From the human T2T-CHM13v2.0 reference genome, Homo sapiens: 64,000 nt of DNA. The stretch lies in the NCBI RefSeq assembly GCF_009914755.1, contig NC_060927.1. One strand, written 5' to 3'. Below, in pieces: positions 1-14,280 of the stretch. The translations under genes and the position numbers were made by a program. Each line of letters starts with the position of its first letter. The first letter of the stretch is position 1. The notes below the pieces were generated by a model. The model was given only the letters and a program-made list of their open reading frames with translations. It was not told the DNA's origin and did no database searches.

Positions 1-43
1 ATCATGCTTGTTTTTGAAAATCTGACCACAAATTTGTAAACAT

Positions 44-477
44 TGAGAAAAGAAAAATAGCTCAGAGGAGTCTGAGTTATCTGAGCTATGTAAAATTTAT
101 CAGTCTCAGAGAAACATGAACATGGGACTTCATGCATGACGCCCTTCCACACACATGTCCGGGAGCAATTGTTTATAGGCATTTTGTTCCTATTTAATAG
201 TGGCCTTACCCATTATCTTCTTGTTTCTGGAATTTGTGATGCAGAGAACAATGTATATAGCCAATCAATAGCTTATGTTATTTTAATGTAAATTCTTGGT
301 AAACATCTTAGGAACTGCCTCTTCATTTTTTCCTTAAAAAGCCATTTATAACTGTTGCTAATCAAAGTATATTCAAGGCAACTTGAGTCTATGCTCTGGG
401 ATGGCCATCTTCCATTAGGGGCTGCAATAAACTCTATACTAATTATATTTTCTGAATCTCATTATTTAAGGGTGACA
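44..477 (+). mobile_element. ERV1-class solo LTR (MER4-group; subfamily uncertain)
   Basis: TG...CA termini (TGAGAAAAG...GGTGACA), AATAAA near the 3' end, near-perfect 4-bp TSD ACAT/TCAT. Confidence 0.7.
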
Positions 478-535
478 TCATTTTCAGTTCAATCCAGGAA
501 AGTAATTCCATTATCACTTTTAGTGCCTATGCACC

Positions 536-891
536 TGTATTAGTCTGTTCTCACGCTGCTAATAAAGACATACCCAAGACTGGGTAATTTATAAGGAAAG
601 AGGTTTAATTGACTCACAGTTCCACATGGCTGGGGAGGCCTCACAATCATGGTGCAAGTCAAATGAGGAGCAAAGTGATGTATTACATGGCAGCAGGTAA
701 GGGAGCGTGTGCCGCGGAACCCCCATTTGTAAAACCATCAGATCTCATGAGACTTATTCAGTCCCATGGGAACAGTATGGGGAAAACCACGCCCATGATT
801 CAATTATCTCCACCTGGCCCCACCCTTGACACAGTGGGGATTATTACAATTCAAGGTGAGATTTGGGTGGGGACACAGCCAAACCATACCA
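536..891 (-). mobile_element. THE1-family MaLR solo LTR
   Basis: Matches reverse complement of THE1 (TGTATTAGTCTGTTCTCACGCTGCTAATAAAGAC...GGGGACACAGCCAAACCATACCA); perfect 5-bp TSD GCACC at 531-535 and 892-896. Confidence 0.95.
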
Positions 892-1069
892 GCACCCAAG
901 TTTTCTCTTAATTGTTCCCTCTATTAAAACCTAAAAATGCCCTCTCCTTCCTTCAGCAATTGGCAGCTCTTCTTTGCCCCCCCTTTCAGCATCTAGTTAA
1001 CCACAGCTGGACTGAAGAGCTCACTTTAGGAGCCCAGGCTCCCAGGGATCCTGAACGGCACAGAGGTGT

Positions 1070-1270
1070 ATAGGCAGCAGGCACTTTGCTAATGGCTTTC
1101 TGGCATTATGGCATTTAGACCTCTCACCATTCCTGTGAGGTAGGGACTAATTGCCTACCTCCCAGAGAGGAAACTGAGACTGAGAAGAGGTTATGTGGCT
1201 CTTTGCTGAGCAAGAACTTAACACAGGTCAGTCTGATCTCAGGTCCATGTTCTCCACAGCCGAGCTGTAC
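1070..1270 (-). mobile_element. MIR SINE relic
   Basis: Core GAGGAAACTGAGACTGAGAAGAGGTTA motif. Confidence 0.7.
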
Positions 1271-3017
1271 TGTCTATCAGGTGAAATTGCAAGAGGAAAG
1301 TAAACTACAGCAACTCCTTCCATCATGATCCAAAAAGCTCCCCTTTCTCCCTCAGACTCCAACCCTATGCGCCCAGCTTTCCCCCTAATCTGAAGAAAAC
1401 AGTGAAAGGACTATGATTCCTGAACACCTATTAATCAGAGAAAAGCAAAAAATCCCTACCACAGCAAGTTACTATTCATACCGGCATCGCTAGTGAGAAG
1501 TTATACCATCCATTATTTTGATGGGTGCTGGAGGGAGGATAAGGATGAGATCAGCCCCAAACAGATCCAGAAATTATTGGCAAGTACAGTTGCGGGGTGT
1601 GTTTTGTACCTTTTTCAACCTTTCACTGAGGATAAATAGCCTATGACAGTAAGTAGTTATCTGTTTGAAAATGCAACCAAAAATAAAAAGCCTTACAAGG
1701 GGAAAAATGAAGAAGATCAGGAATGGAGAAAGAAGATGATAAGGAGTGAGTGTTGTATTTTTCTCCTTATCAGAGAAATCCATTATTGCACCATATTTCT
1801 AGTCCACAAAATGATTGCCCCTCAATTTATTTCCAAAATTCTGACCCCAGGTTTGTTACTGGGTGAAAAAAAAAAAAGTGAACAAACAACCCTAGATTTG
1901 TCTGAATGCATTGATAAAGGTAATCTTTTGTTTTTAATTCCAGATAAATGTAGAAATCCTGCATGAAAGTTAGCTAAAACTGAAGCTTGGCTAAAAGAAT
2001 GTTTATAAATAGTTGGGATGGAAAGACAAAAGCATGGTGGTTTTTTTCTACGTTTGCTCCTGGAGAAGGTTGTGTGTTTAGATTTGCTCTGCAACCTGCC
2101 AGGCGGTTTTGTGTGGGTTTGGACTTGACTCCGTGTCCTTTGTATTTATTGTTTTAGAATCACTGGCTCCAATAAGTCTTCCTGTTCAACATGGATTTTC
2201 AGTAAATGGCAAAGGCCCCTTAAATCTGTCCTGAACAGACGGGCCCAAAACCTTCACAATAACCATGGGTGGGCATTCATTGAAGGTCTCATTGTCATGT
2301 TTATTTACTCATTTCAGAGGTAGGAGGTTGCCTCTCAGCAACTCTGGGGATGAACGTAGATGCTATGAGGATTAGCAGTTGAAAGCTAGTGCAAGCTAAC
2401 TGGTTGGGCTTGCAGGAAGCTGGCTGGAACCATAACCCAGCCAAGGTCAGAGTGGAATGCTATTATTGCCGCATTAGCATTATCATCATCACTGTTGCTT
2501 CCCAAATTATCCTTTAATGGGTCCAATTTACCTTCAAGTCTGTAACTAAGACACAGATCACTTATCTTCTGTGCAGCAGTCATTAGAAATGTCTAGGGCA
2601 GACTTCAGCCCTTCCAGCTCTAAATCCAATCTTCATCTTTTCCAACGGTTACTCTGCTCCTATTTGTCTGTTTAAGATTGGCCATTAAACTTTGACTCAT
2701 AGACGGTAAAGCTGCAATTGGTGTTTATATGCATTTAGGTTGCACGTAGCTTTTATGCTCATGGATGGTGCCTTTAAAAATATAATTTTTTTTCAGTGGT
2801 TCTACTATGCTTAGATATAAGGTAAAAATAACAGAAATTTCCCAAAATACCACTGCTGTAGAAATTGATTTTTCTCCCTTGACTTTAGCTCTTGGATTTG
2901 GCTTTTCTTAGACAAATTCTGCCTGGAATAATTATGAGTATTAGAAAAGGATGGACATAAACTATCTGATATATAATCCATCATGAATACATTTTAGTTC
3001 CCTTCCAACTGTGACCC

Positions 3018-3566
3018 TGTAACTGCAGGACCAGCCCAAACTGGCCCTACTCTGTTGATAACAGAATCTTAAGGTACCTTGCAGGTATAAGAGCCAAGCC
3101 TGTAAGTCATGTAGCCAGGACATGTGCAATAGGAAAAGCTTTGGCCTCTAACAATACCCAGAACTGAGGACTCTCCTCCTGGAACCAAGAAGACCTTTTC
3201 CCATTCTCCTCATGGAACCAAGAAGACCTCAGAAACAACATAACTGGCACCTGAACTCTGGAACTTTTACAAAAGTGAGGGGTCCATTGGCTCAGAACAC
3301 CCAGGGCTAAAATCTGCCTCAACATACCTTACCGCAGATGATCAAATTTGAAGCCCTCCAAATTTGAAGACCCTGCCAAGCCAACATTTCTATTTCCTTT
3401 CTCTTGTCCTCCAACTCCTTAAAACATTGTAGGGAATAGATTTGAGCTGTGCTTCCTGTCTCCTTGGCAGTTGGCTTTGCAGTACACCCTTTCTTTTCTC
3501 AAAAGCTGGTGCCACGGTTTTGGCTTCTGTGCACATTGGGCAGTGAACACAATTTGCTCAGTAACA
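3018..3566 (+). mobile_element. ERV1 solo LTR, MER101-like
   Basis: TGTAACTGCAGGACCAGCCCAAACTGG start and TTTGCTCAGTAACA end; contains an internal 25-bp duplication (3172-3196/3205-3229). Confidence 0.75.
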
Positions 3567-3736
3567 CCACTTTCACAGTGTTCATTCTTCTGATCTTAGA
3601 AGGTTTAGAATCCTTCCAAATTTGTGCACTGACTTTAGAGTGAAAAGGAGAGTTATTATATACCCAGTTCTCACAATTAATGTGCTGACTTTCTTTCATT
3701 TGCCAATTTAAAAATCTGACACCTAGAGTCCACCTT

Positions 3737-3928
3737 CTTTTGTTTTTGTTTTCATTGCTGTTATTGTTTTGAGACAAGGTCTCTCTCTAGGCTCATTTTT
3801 AAATTTTTTGTAGAGACAGGGTCTCCTGATATCACCCAGGCTGGTCTTGAACTCCTGGACTCAAGTGATCCTCCTGCCCTGGACTCCCAAAGTGCTGGGA
3901 TTATAGGCATGACCCACTGTACTCATCC
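3737..3928 (-). mobile_element. AluJ-type element with most of the right arm deleted
   Basis: GAGACAAGGTCTC jumps directly to the linker and left arm (CCCAAAGTGCTGGGATTATAGGC). Confidence 0.8.
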
Positions 3929-3934
3929 CAGATT

Positions 3935-4280
3935 GAGAGCTTGTTTATGTCAAGTGCTGTTCTAGGCCCATTTCTGTGTCCTCATCACCTAGCATGGTGC
4001 TTGGCTTATAGAAGGTATGCATTAAGTGATTGCTGAATTAAATGGTCTTATTTCATTCTGTGGTTCTGCATAATGCTAAGTACCTTAATAAGCACAGCAT
4101 GATAGAATATGATAAAATACAATAACATAGTTGAGTGTTAGAAAGGATAACATTTTAATGATGAGGAAATAGGTACAGAGAGGTGACATGACTTGCCCAA
4201 GGTCACAGAGTCAGCAGTATTGAGATGGGCTTCAGGACATGCCATCTCAACATGAGGTTCTGCTTACCACAAACTTCCCT
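3935..4280. mobile_element. L2 3' end (+) followed by MIR (-) fragments
   Basis: CCTAGCATGGTGCTTGGC...TGCTGAATTAAATG; GATGAGGAAATAGGTACAGAGAGGTGACATGACTTGCCCAAGGTCACA. Confidence 0.65.
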
Positions 4281-4317
4281 TATAGCCGCAAGTATTTTAA
4301 TATATTTTAAACATATT

Positions 4318-4720
4318 ACCCTTAAAATTCACATTACCTCATATGTTGAAGTCCTAAACCCTAGTATCTCAGAATATGACCTTATTTGGAGATACATCTT
4401 TACAAAGGTAATCATGTTCAAATGAGGTCGTTGGGGTAGACCCTAATCTGGTATGTATGACTGGTGTCCTTGTAAAAATAGGAAATTTGGGCAAAGAGAC
4501 CAGCACAGAGGAAGATAGTGTGAAGAGTCACAGGGAGAAAACAGCCAACTATGAGCCAAGAGAAAGGCCTAGAATAGACCCTTTCCTCACAGCCCTTAGA
4601 CGGAACCAGCCCTGCTGGCACCTTGATCCCAGACTTCCAGCATCCAGAACAGAGAAAGAAGTTTCTAATGTTTAAGGCACCTGTGGTACTTCACTATGGC
4701 AGCCCTAGCAAACTGAAACA
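4318..4720 (+). mobile_element. MLT1B-like MaLR LTR
   Basis: CATATGTTGAAGTCCTAAACCC...GGCAGCCCTAGCAAACTGAAACA. Confidence 0.85.
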
Positions 4721-4726
4721 AATTTT

Positions 4727-4974
4727 CATGTTAATTTCCTAGGGATACCATAAAAGAAAACCTTCACAGACTGGGTGGCTTAAACAACAGCATTCATGGT
4801 CTCATAGTTCCATGAGGAGACTCAAAGTCTGAGATCAACATATCAGCGGGGTTGTTTCCCTCTGAGGGCTGTAAGAGAAGGTTCTGTTCCAGGCCTCTTT
4901 CCTTGACTTGTAGAGGGCTGTCTTCAAGTTCATGTGGTGTTCTCCCTGCTGTCTTCACATCATCTTCCCTCTGT
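4727..4974 (-). mobile_element. MLT1B-like MaLR LTR, 3' portion, inverted relative to its neighbour
   Basis: TTAATTTCCTAGGG...CAGACTGGGTGGCTTAAACAACAG is the reverse complement of the MLT1 3' end. Confidence 0.8.
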
Positions 4975-5133
4975 TATGAAATACTTTTCTGTCTCTAGGC
5001 AAATCCAAGGTTTGCCTCTCTGCACTTTCACAATCCCTCATTTTTTTTATTTTTATTTTTTGGGAATGTGTAATTCATTTTTATTTTTATAACTGTAACT
5101 TGACTATTTGAGGACTAACTTTTCCCAAGTAAC

Positions 5134-7177
<2,044 letters not shown>

Positions 7178-7225
7178 CACAATCTTACACTTACTGTGAA
7201 AGGTGATGTTTCTACAGCTTCATTG

Positions 7226-7610
<385 letters not shown>

Positions 7611-7673
7611 TGAGCTGCCCCAGTCTTCTTTCACTCCAAATTCTTTCTCTCTACATCCCACCTCCACCTCCTG

Positions 7674-8283
7674 TGTATTAGCGTGCTATTGTTTTGAAAG
7701 AAAATGTTACAAATTTAGCATCTTAAAATAACACTCATTTGTTAGCTCACAGTCTTGTAAGTCAGAAGTCTTGGTGGCTACCTGTAGAGGTTCTCTACCC
7801 AGGGTCTCACAGGGCTGGAATGAAGGCCCCAGCCTGACTGGAGTTTTACCTGGAGGCTCTGGGAAGAATCCACTTCCAAGCTCATTCTAATTTTGCAGAA
7901 TCCGGTTCCTTGCAGCTGTGGGATGGAGGTCACCTTCTTCTTGCTGGTTGCCTGCTTGTGATTTCCTCTCAGATCCTGGGGGCTGCTCTCAGATCCTCCC
8001 CACAAGACCTCCTGCAACTTCAAAGCAGGCAATGGGGTATGTCTCTTGCATCAAATTCTTCTCACATTGTGAATCTCTCTAACTTCTGCCACCGGCTGGA
8101 GAAAACTCTCTGCTTTGAAAGAATTTATGTGATTGAATTAGGCCCAGCCAGACAATCTCCCTATTTCAAAGTCAACTGATTAGGAACCTCAATGACATCT
8201 GCAAAATTATTTTACCATGTAACCACAGGAGTAACACCAAGGGGTGAGCATCATGAGGTCATCTTAGAATTTTGCCCATCACA
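7674..8283 (-). mobile_element. MLT1E/F-type MaLR LTR
   Basis: TGTATTAG...TCTTAGAATTTTGCCCATCACA; TSD TCCTG/CCCTG. Confidence 0.8.
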
Positions 8284-8479
8284 CCCTGTTATGCAACCTA
8301 GGGTGAAACAGCAAGTAAGAGATAAACTGAAGTTGGTAGGTTATTCATTTGTAGGTGATGGAAGAATTCAAAAGGGAGTTAGAATTTTAAATCCACGGAC
8401 AAGTTTCAAAAAAAGATGTTCATCTGAGGAAAACCATGCTCTTTGATCCAAGTTATTTACCAATCATAATTGTAAGAGC

Positions 8480-8700
8480 AGCTATCATTTATTAAGGGCC
8501 TACTATGGGTCAGTCACTTTTGAAGGTGGCAGTGCACTGCTGGCATTATTTTGAATTTTAACAAAAATACTCCAAATTAAGTGGCATGAAAGAAGAAACC
8601 GAGACATGTAGAAGTTAAATAACTTGCACAGATGGTAGTGACAGCCAAAATTCAAACCCATATCTGGAGAGTGCAAGGCCTGTGTTCTTTCCAGAGCCAC
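8480..8700 (-). mobile_element. MIR relic
   Basis: GAAGAAACCGAGACATGTAGAAGTTAAATAACTTGCACAG...AATTCAAACCCA. Confidence 0.6.
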
Positions 8701-9502
8701 CAGCTTCTTCACTGGCAGGACAGCCCGCAGATCAGGCATGGGATTATCTGTTGACGGAACACCATTGTAAATGCAACCTGTTCAATGAGATGATTCAGAC
8801 AGCATTTTCTGATAAAATTCAGTGTTACCTAGATGGTACTATGAAGTAGGCCCTCTAGGTTCTGGAATTTGGGGAAATTACATTATCTTCTGAAAGTGAA
8901 CTGAAATGCGGAAGGCTGCTGATGAAGTGCAAAATCAAATAGGAGAATGAATTTTTTTTTTAAAGGTGGCTCAGAGTGGCATTCTGTGTTGATATTTCCC
9001 TTGGGGAAAGAATAATCCAATTTTTAGGTAGAAAATATTTTGGACTATAGAAGTATAATGAAAAAGGCTGTACTAGGGTCTGAAAGCAATGCTGTCTCTA
9101 ATGTCCAATTACCCTTGCTTAAACTCTGACTTATCATTTGATATCTATCCTTTAATAAGATGATACTTTGTCTAGAACAATAAATTGAATCCTGACATGA
9201 GATACTTTCTCTCTTTTTTATTCCTTCCTCATTGGATCGGTAAATCATTCAATAAACGTTCAGTGAAAGCTGATTTTGTTCTACACATTGTGTTAGGCAT
9301 GGTAGATGGGACATCACGTCTGCCCTCCAAGAGCTTCCAGTTAGTCAAGTGATTGCTGTTCATATTCTTTCACCAGGTGATGTGTGAGGCAAGAAAATAA
9401 GATGGGGGCAACTAGTGGTGGTATTCAGAAAATATGGGTGGAATCTGTGGAAATTGAGCAGGCCAAACAAGAGTTTTCGAGAATTATTTCCAAAGTCTGA
9501 TC

Positions 9503-9697
9503 CAATGCTGTCCAATAGGACTTGCTATGAAGAGAAGAATGTTCTAGATCTGCACTGTTCAATAGCCGGTAGCCACATATAGCTGTTAAGCACTTGTAAT
9601 GTGAGTTGTGTGACTGAGGAACTGAATTTCTAATTTAATTTTAATTACTTGATAAACAGCCACATATAACTAGTGGCTCCTATATTGGGCAGCACAG
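9503..9697. mobile_element. MER3-like hAT-Charlie MITE
   Basis: Terminal inverted repeats CAATGCTGTCCAATA / TATTGGGCAGCACAG and internal AGCCACATATAGCT motif. Confidence 0.85.
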
Positions 9698-10799
9698 AAA
9701 ATGTCCACACATATCTGAAGCTTTTCATTCTATCAGTTATTTTGAAAACGCTCTACTGCTCTCAGTGTATTTAATCTAATATCTGAGTTATTTCCTCATG
9801 TAACTTAATCTTCTCAGATTAGTTTCTGGTATCAGTGTAAACATACTGCAAACCAAACAATTTTTAGAGGTGGAATCACAAAGCAAACAATATATTTTTA
9901 AACAGGCTGAAAAAGATTATCGGCCTAAGAGGCATACCGAGGAGTGGAAAATAATTAGTTGGATCACGTTATTTTAATCCCGTGTCTGGCTGTTCTGAGC
10001 AAACTCCTCTCGCCATTTGAAGAAAGTTGCCAACATTTACCCTCCTGTCTTTTGAGGGAACATGCCAAATATGCTTTCATTTCATCCTGTTTAGTCAGTT
10101 GTTTTAATGCCCTTTTCTGATGTTATCCCTGAACACACAATTAACAGATTTCTGCTAAGATCCCAGCTGCAATGAGAATTGTCTGTCTGTCACTTGTGTG
10201 TTGCCTCAACCCTGGCTCATTTACATTGCTTGGCAATCAGATTCAATAACTTTAAGCTGTTCTGCCTGAACAAATGAAGGTCTATGGCATTTCAGTCCAA
10301 CCACTTTTTTCATTTTCAGGCAAGTTTATCTCCTCTTTTCTTAGCCTCCGCCAAGCCTGTCATGCCACTCTTAATAGGCTGTGAAAGTGTTATGGGTTTC
10401 TGACAATTTTGCCTCTCTCAGGGCAATTTGATGCCAAAGATATAGCAGTACCTTCCCATTTCCTACAGTCAGCAGCTTGTCTTTCCTGGCTGCTTTATTA
10501 AATGGGTGTACATCCTTGGTAATGAGTCCTGAGATTTTCTGGCATGATAAGATGGACTATATATTGAGGCTGTTGTTTCAGATTCCAGCCCGTCATCCTC
10601 TCAAACCAATAATAATAATTGGCAAACTAATAAGAATGTGTCCTTTGGGCATGGTTCTACAGGTCCAGCACATGGGCCCTTCTCTCCCAGGGTCAAAGGA
10701 AAAATCATTTAGCTAAGTGAGGGTTCTTGAAAGAACTGTGTTAGTCTCTTCAATGTCATTTTAAAGTAACTTTTTTTTAAAAGTGTCATATAACCTGTA

Positions 10800-11385
10800 A
10801 CTGTAGCACATATGAAATATAGGAATGTGGAACAAAGCTAATAATCCATATATCCTGTGACCTAGCAATTTCAATTTTTGGGTATCCATCACTGAGAAAT
10901 ATTTATACGTGTGCCACAAGAGGCATATTAAAGAAATATAATGACAACATTTGAGATTTGCAAAAGAGTTAAAACTGTCTAAGTGTTCATTCATAAAAAG
11001 ATTGGTTAAATGAATTATAGGACATCCCTACAATGAAATAATTTGCAAACATTTGAAGATGACCCAGATTTATTTATAAGTGCTGATATTGATTGAGAGT
11101 TAAGATGAATTAAGAAAAAGAATCAAGTTACAGAATAGTGTATTCAGTTTGCTTCTATTTGTGTACACAAGAGGCTTATTTATATCAAGAAAGCCTCAGA
11201 TGCCCAGATATGTGCTTGTATATGCATAGAAAAAATTGGAATACCTGAGAAACTATTAAAAAAATGGTTATTTGAAAGAGCTAGAGTTGTTTTGTATTCA
11301 TCTGTACTATGATGTTTTTGAAACCAGGAGCATGATTTAATTTTTCCAGTAAAAAATTGCTTAATAAAAAAGACAATAAAAATAA
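10800..11385 (+). mobile_element. Old L1M (L1ME-like) 3' fragment
   Basis: TGACCTAGCAATTTC, AAGTGTTCATTCA...GGTTAAATGAATTAT motifs and A-rich end. Confidence 0.55.
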
Positions 11386-11592
11386 TCTGTAAGCCCGCTA
11401 CTCAGAACATTTTTTAATATTTTGAAGTCTATCTTTGTAGACTTTGCTTTAACCTATATGTGACATATATTAGGTAATATAGTGCATCCATTTTGTGATT
11501 TATGCTTTTCCCAAATAAAAATCTCTCATGTAAACAAGTACTTCTATCATTTCACCTTTTTGTTTTGGACAAACTTTGTTGACCAAATGGTC

Positions 11593-11837
11593 ACTTTTTG
11601 AAAAATGTGTCATACAACATGTAACTGTAGCATGTATGAAATATAGGAATGTGAAACAAAGCTAATAATGCGTATATCCTATGACCTAGCAATTTCATTT
11701 TTGAGCATCTTGTCATTGAGAAATATTTACATATGTGTCAAAAGAGTCACATTAAGGAAAGATAATGGCAATATTTGAGACTTGCAAAAGAGTTAAAGCT
11801 AAGTGTTCATTCAGAGAAAGATTGGTTAAATGAATTA
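11593..11837 (+). repeat. Second copy of a local ~245-bp direct duplication (source 10769-11017)
   Basis: About 85% identity by manual alignment; flanked by a 35-bp direct repeat at 11551-11585 and 11901-11935. Confidence 0.92.
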
Positions 11838-11900
11838 ATTAAATGAATAATTTATTAAAATAAGTGAACAAATAATAACATCCATAAATAATCCTATAGT

Positions 11901-12480
11901 TTCACTTTTTTTGTTTTGATAAACTTTATTGAGCATAAAATGCACAGACAGCAAAATGCACCCATTTTAAGTGAATAATGTTTAGACAAATACAGACAAA
12001 TGTCTACAATATCATTTCTAATGGCTGCATAGAACTGCTTCTTACCAAGCAGTAATTTCTGTTTTCCTGGTCATAAAGACTAGTTTAGGGATGGGTCCAT
12101 AAGCCAAGTCAGCCCAAACTGAGCCATTCCTGGAATTTCTGGTGAAAATACCATATTTGATTGCCAGTTCCAAAGAGATGGATGTTTAAGATGTTTCAAA
12201 TGTTGTACTGTTATAAATAATGCTGAGATAATGAATATTTTTGTAGCCAAGTCATTGCACACATTTTTGAAAGAACTGTGGACTCTCCAGGGCCATTTTA
12301 AAGTAATTACTTTTACAAAAAATCATGTAACATGTAATTATGTTATTTTCTTAGTCCAAGTGCCTAGAAGGAGAAATTCTGGGTGGAAGAATAGAAAAGA
12401 TCTATTGCTAAATTTCCCCTCAAGAAAGAATATGCCAATTTATACTCTCCCATGCTCCAAACCTCTACCTATTATTTTAT
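11901..12480 (-). mobile_element. Nested old L1M fragments (L1MB-type tail 11901-12005, then L1ME-like), with a small LTR-like insert
   Basis: ACTTTATTGAG...AAAATGCACCCATTTTAAGTG; ATGGCTGCATAG; TATAAATAATGCTG. Confidence 0.5.
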
Positions 12481-12689
12481 CTCCTCTACTTATTATTATT
12501 GCCACTTTGGTAAGTACAATCACACATATATTTGAGCAAAGCTTACTGCTATTTGACCAAGTAGATACAAGAGTTTGGAATTCATTAAGAAACTATGACT
12601 TCACAGAAGGAAGGTGTGTTTTACAAAGCAGCTTCTTCCATTTGCAGGGTTGGTTCTCTCTCCCTCCTTAGGTAGGTGATGCTCCACTG

Positions 12690-13330
12690 TCATCTTCCCA
12701 GTGAGGCTTCCCTGCCCAGCCTAGTTACATCTGTATCCCTTGTACCTCTTTCTTTGCTTTATTTTTCTTCGTAACACATCCTGACTTAACGTTTTTCTGT
12801 TTTGTCTATTCTGTCTCCTTGTGCTAAAATATAAGCTTCATATGAGCATGACTTCATGCATTGTTTGACCCTTATATGTGTATCAAGCACAGAGTAGACC
12901 TCCAATCATTTGTTGGCTGAATGCAAAAATCATACTTTCGAGTTTATAGAGCACTTTTATCCATAACTTACCACTTGTTCATCACAACAACCCTGTGAGA
13001 TGCAAAGAGCTAATTCCATCCCTAATCTCCCAATAAGGAGCTGGGTCTTCAAAGGATCAGGTGACTTGTCCAAGGTCATGCATACCTTTTCTGACTCCAA
13101 ATGCAGCTTCCTTTTCATCTCCCATGGCACCTCTCTAAGCCTGCACACAGTTGCAGGCTTTTTATCAAGGGATGAGTCTGGATACCTAAATTCTAATGCT
13201 GGCTTGGCCACTAAAGTATATACGCAGCTTCAGTAAACATTCTCTCCAGGGGTATAAGTTTCCTCCTCTGTCAAATGAGGAGGCCAGACCAGATAGTCTA
13301 AGGTCTCTTCCAGCTTTACTACCCAATGAC
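12690..13330. mobile_element. L2 and MIR relics
   Basis: TCCCAGTGAGGCTTCCCTG...TTGTTGGCTGAATG (L2); GTGACTTGTCCAAGGTCA (MIR); TCTAAGGTCTCTTCCAGCT (MIR3-type end). Confidence 0.55.
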
Positions 13331-13380
13331 TCTAAAGGGAAATATCCATGACTGATCAGTGGAGGCCATTTCTGCCACAT

Positions 13381-13516
13381 TTATTTTTTATTTTTCATTT
13401 TGAGATGTGGTCTTACTATGTTGCCCAGGCTGGTCTCAAACTCCTGGGCTCAAGTGATCCTCCTACCTCATCCTCCTAAGTAGCTAGGATCACAGGTGCA
13501 CATCACTGCATCTGGC
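13381..13516 (-). mobile_element. Alu monomer (FLAM_A-like)
   Basis: Single ~135-bp monomer with T-tail; CTATGTTGCCCAGGCTGGTCTCAAACTCCTGGGCTCAAG. Confidence 0.85.
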
Positions 13517-13764
13517 TCCTAATGCATTTAACTTCATGGACCCAAATTATCTCCAGTCTATCTTTGGCTCTAACAAAGGTCCCATGCAAGAAAGTGGGTC
13601 ACCACTTACATGTTTGCTTATCACAGGAGGAGGCGTCAAAATGAAATACTAGCCAACCTGATGGCAGAATATTCTATTCTTAGAATGGGGAATCCCAAGC
13701 TTTTGTAAGTTAGAACATTCTGTCTTAAGTACTTTGAGTATATAAACACTCCTTCTAGTAGTGA

Positions 13765-14280
13765 AGATTCTTTTAGTCACAAGTGCCGGAAACCTGACTC
13801 TAACTAACTGAAGCAAAGATGGTAGTTTATTGGCTCACAATCCTGAAAAGTTCAGGGGGGATGTCAAGGTTCAGGTAAGGCTGGATCAGGGGCTCAGATT
13901 CCATTAGAACTCTGACTTTCTTTATCTCTCAACCCTGCATCCACCTATTTTGACTAAGTGGCTGCTGGTTACTCTTAACTTATATAGTATCCCCTTAGTT
14001 CACCTAATTTTTCCCAGTAGTTCCACCAAAAGTACCAAAAATTGTTCTGATGAGCCTGACGTGGGCCACAGGCCAATCCCTCTGAAATAGCCTCTCTAGC
14101 CAGGGAGATAGAACACACAGACTGGCGAGGCCTGAATCATGCACACACCTCTCGATCATAGTGCTAGGTCTTATCTTCTACAGACCATATGAACTGAGAG
14201 AGAGAAAGGAGTAAAGGAGTGATTTCCCATATGAAAACAAAGGTACTTACACCAGAAAAAAGGGGACGTGAACTGGGCAG
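13765..14280 (-). mobile_element. Old MaLR LTR (MLT1K-like)
   Basis: TTTATTGGCTCAC...TTCAGGTAAGGCTGGATCAGGGGCTCAG motif. Confidence 0.55.

Noticed and set aside
3105-3130. p53 response element in the MER101-like LTR
   Set aside because: Only imperfect half-sites (GGACATGTGC) and no good paired consensus.
12231-12671. 146-aa ORF
   Set aside because: Overlaps a decayed antisense L1M relic, has no recognisable domain, and its composition is typical of a chance AT-rich ORF.
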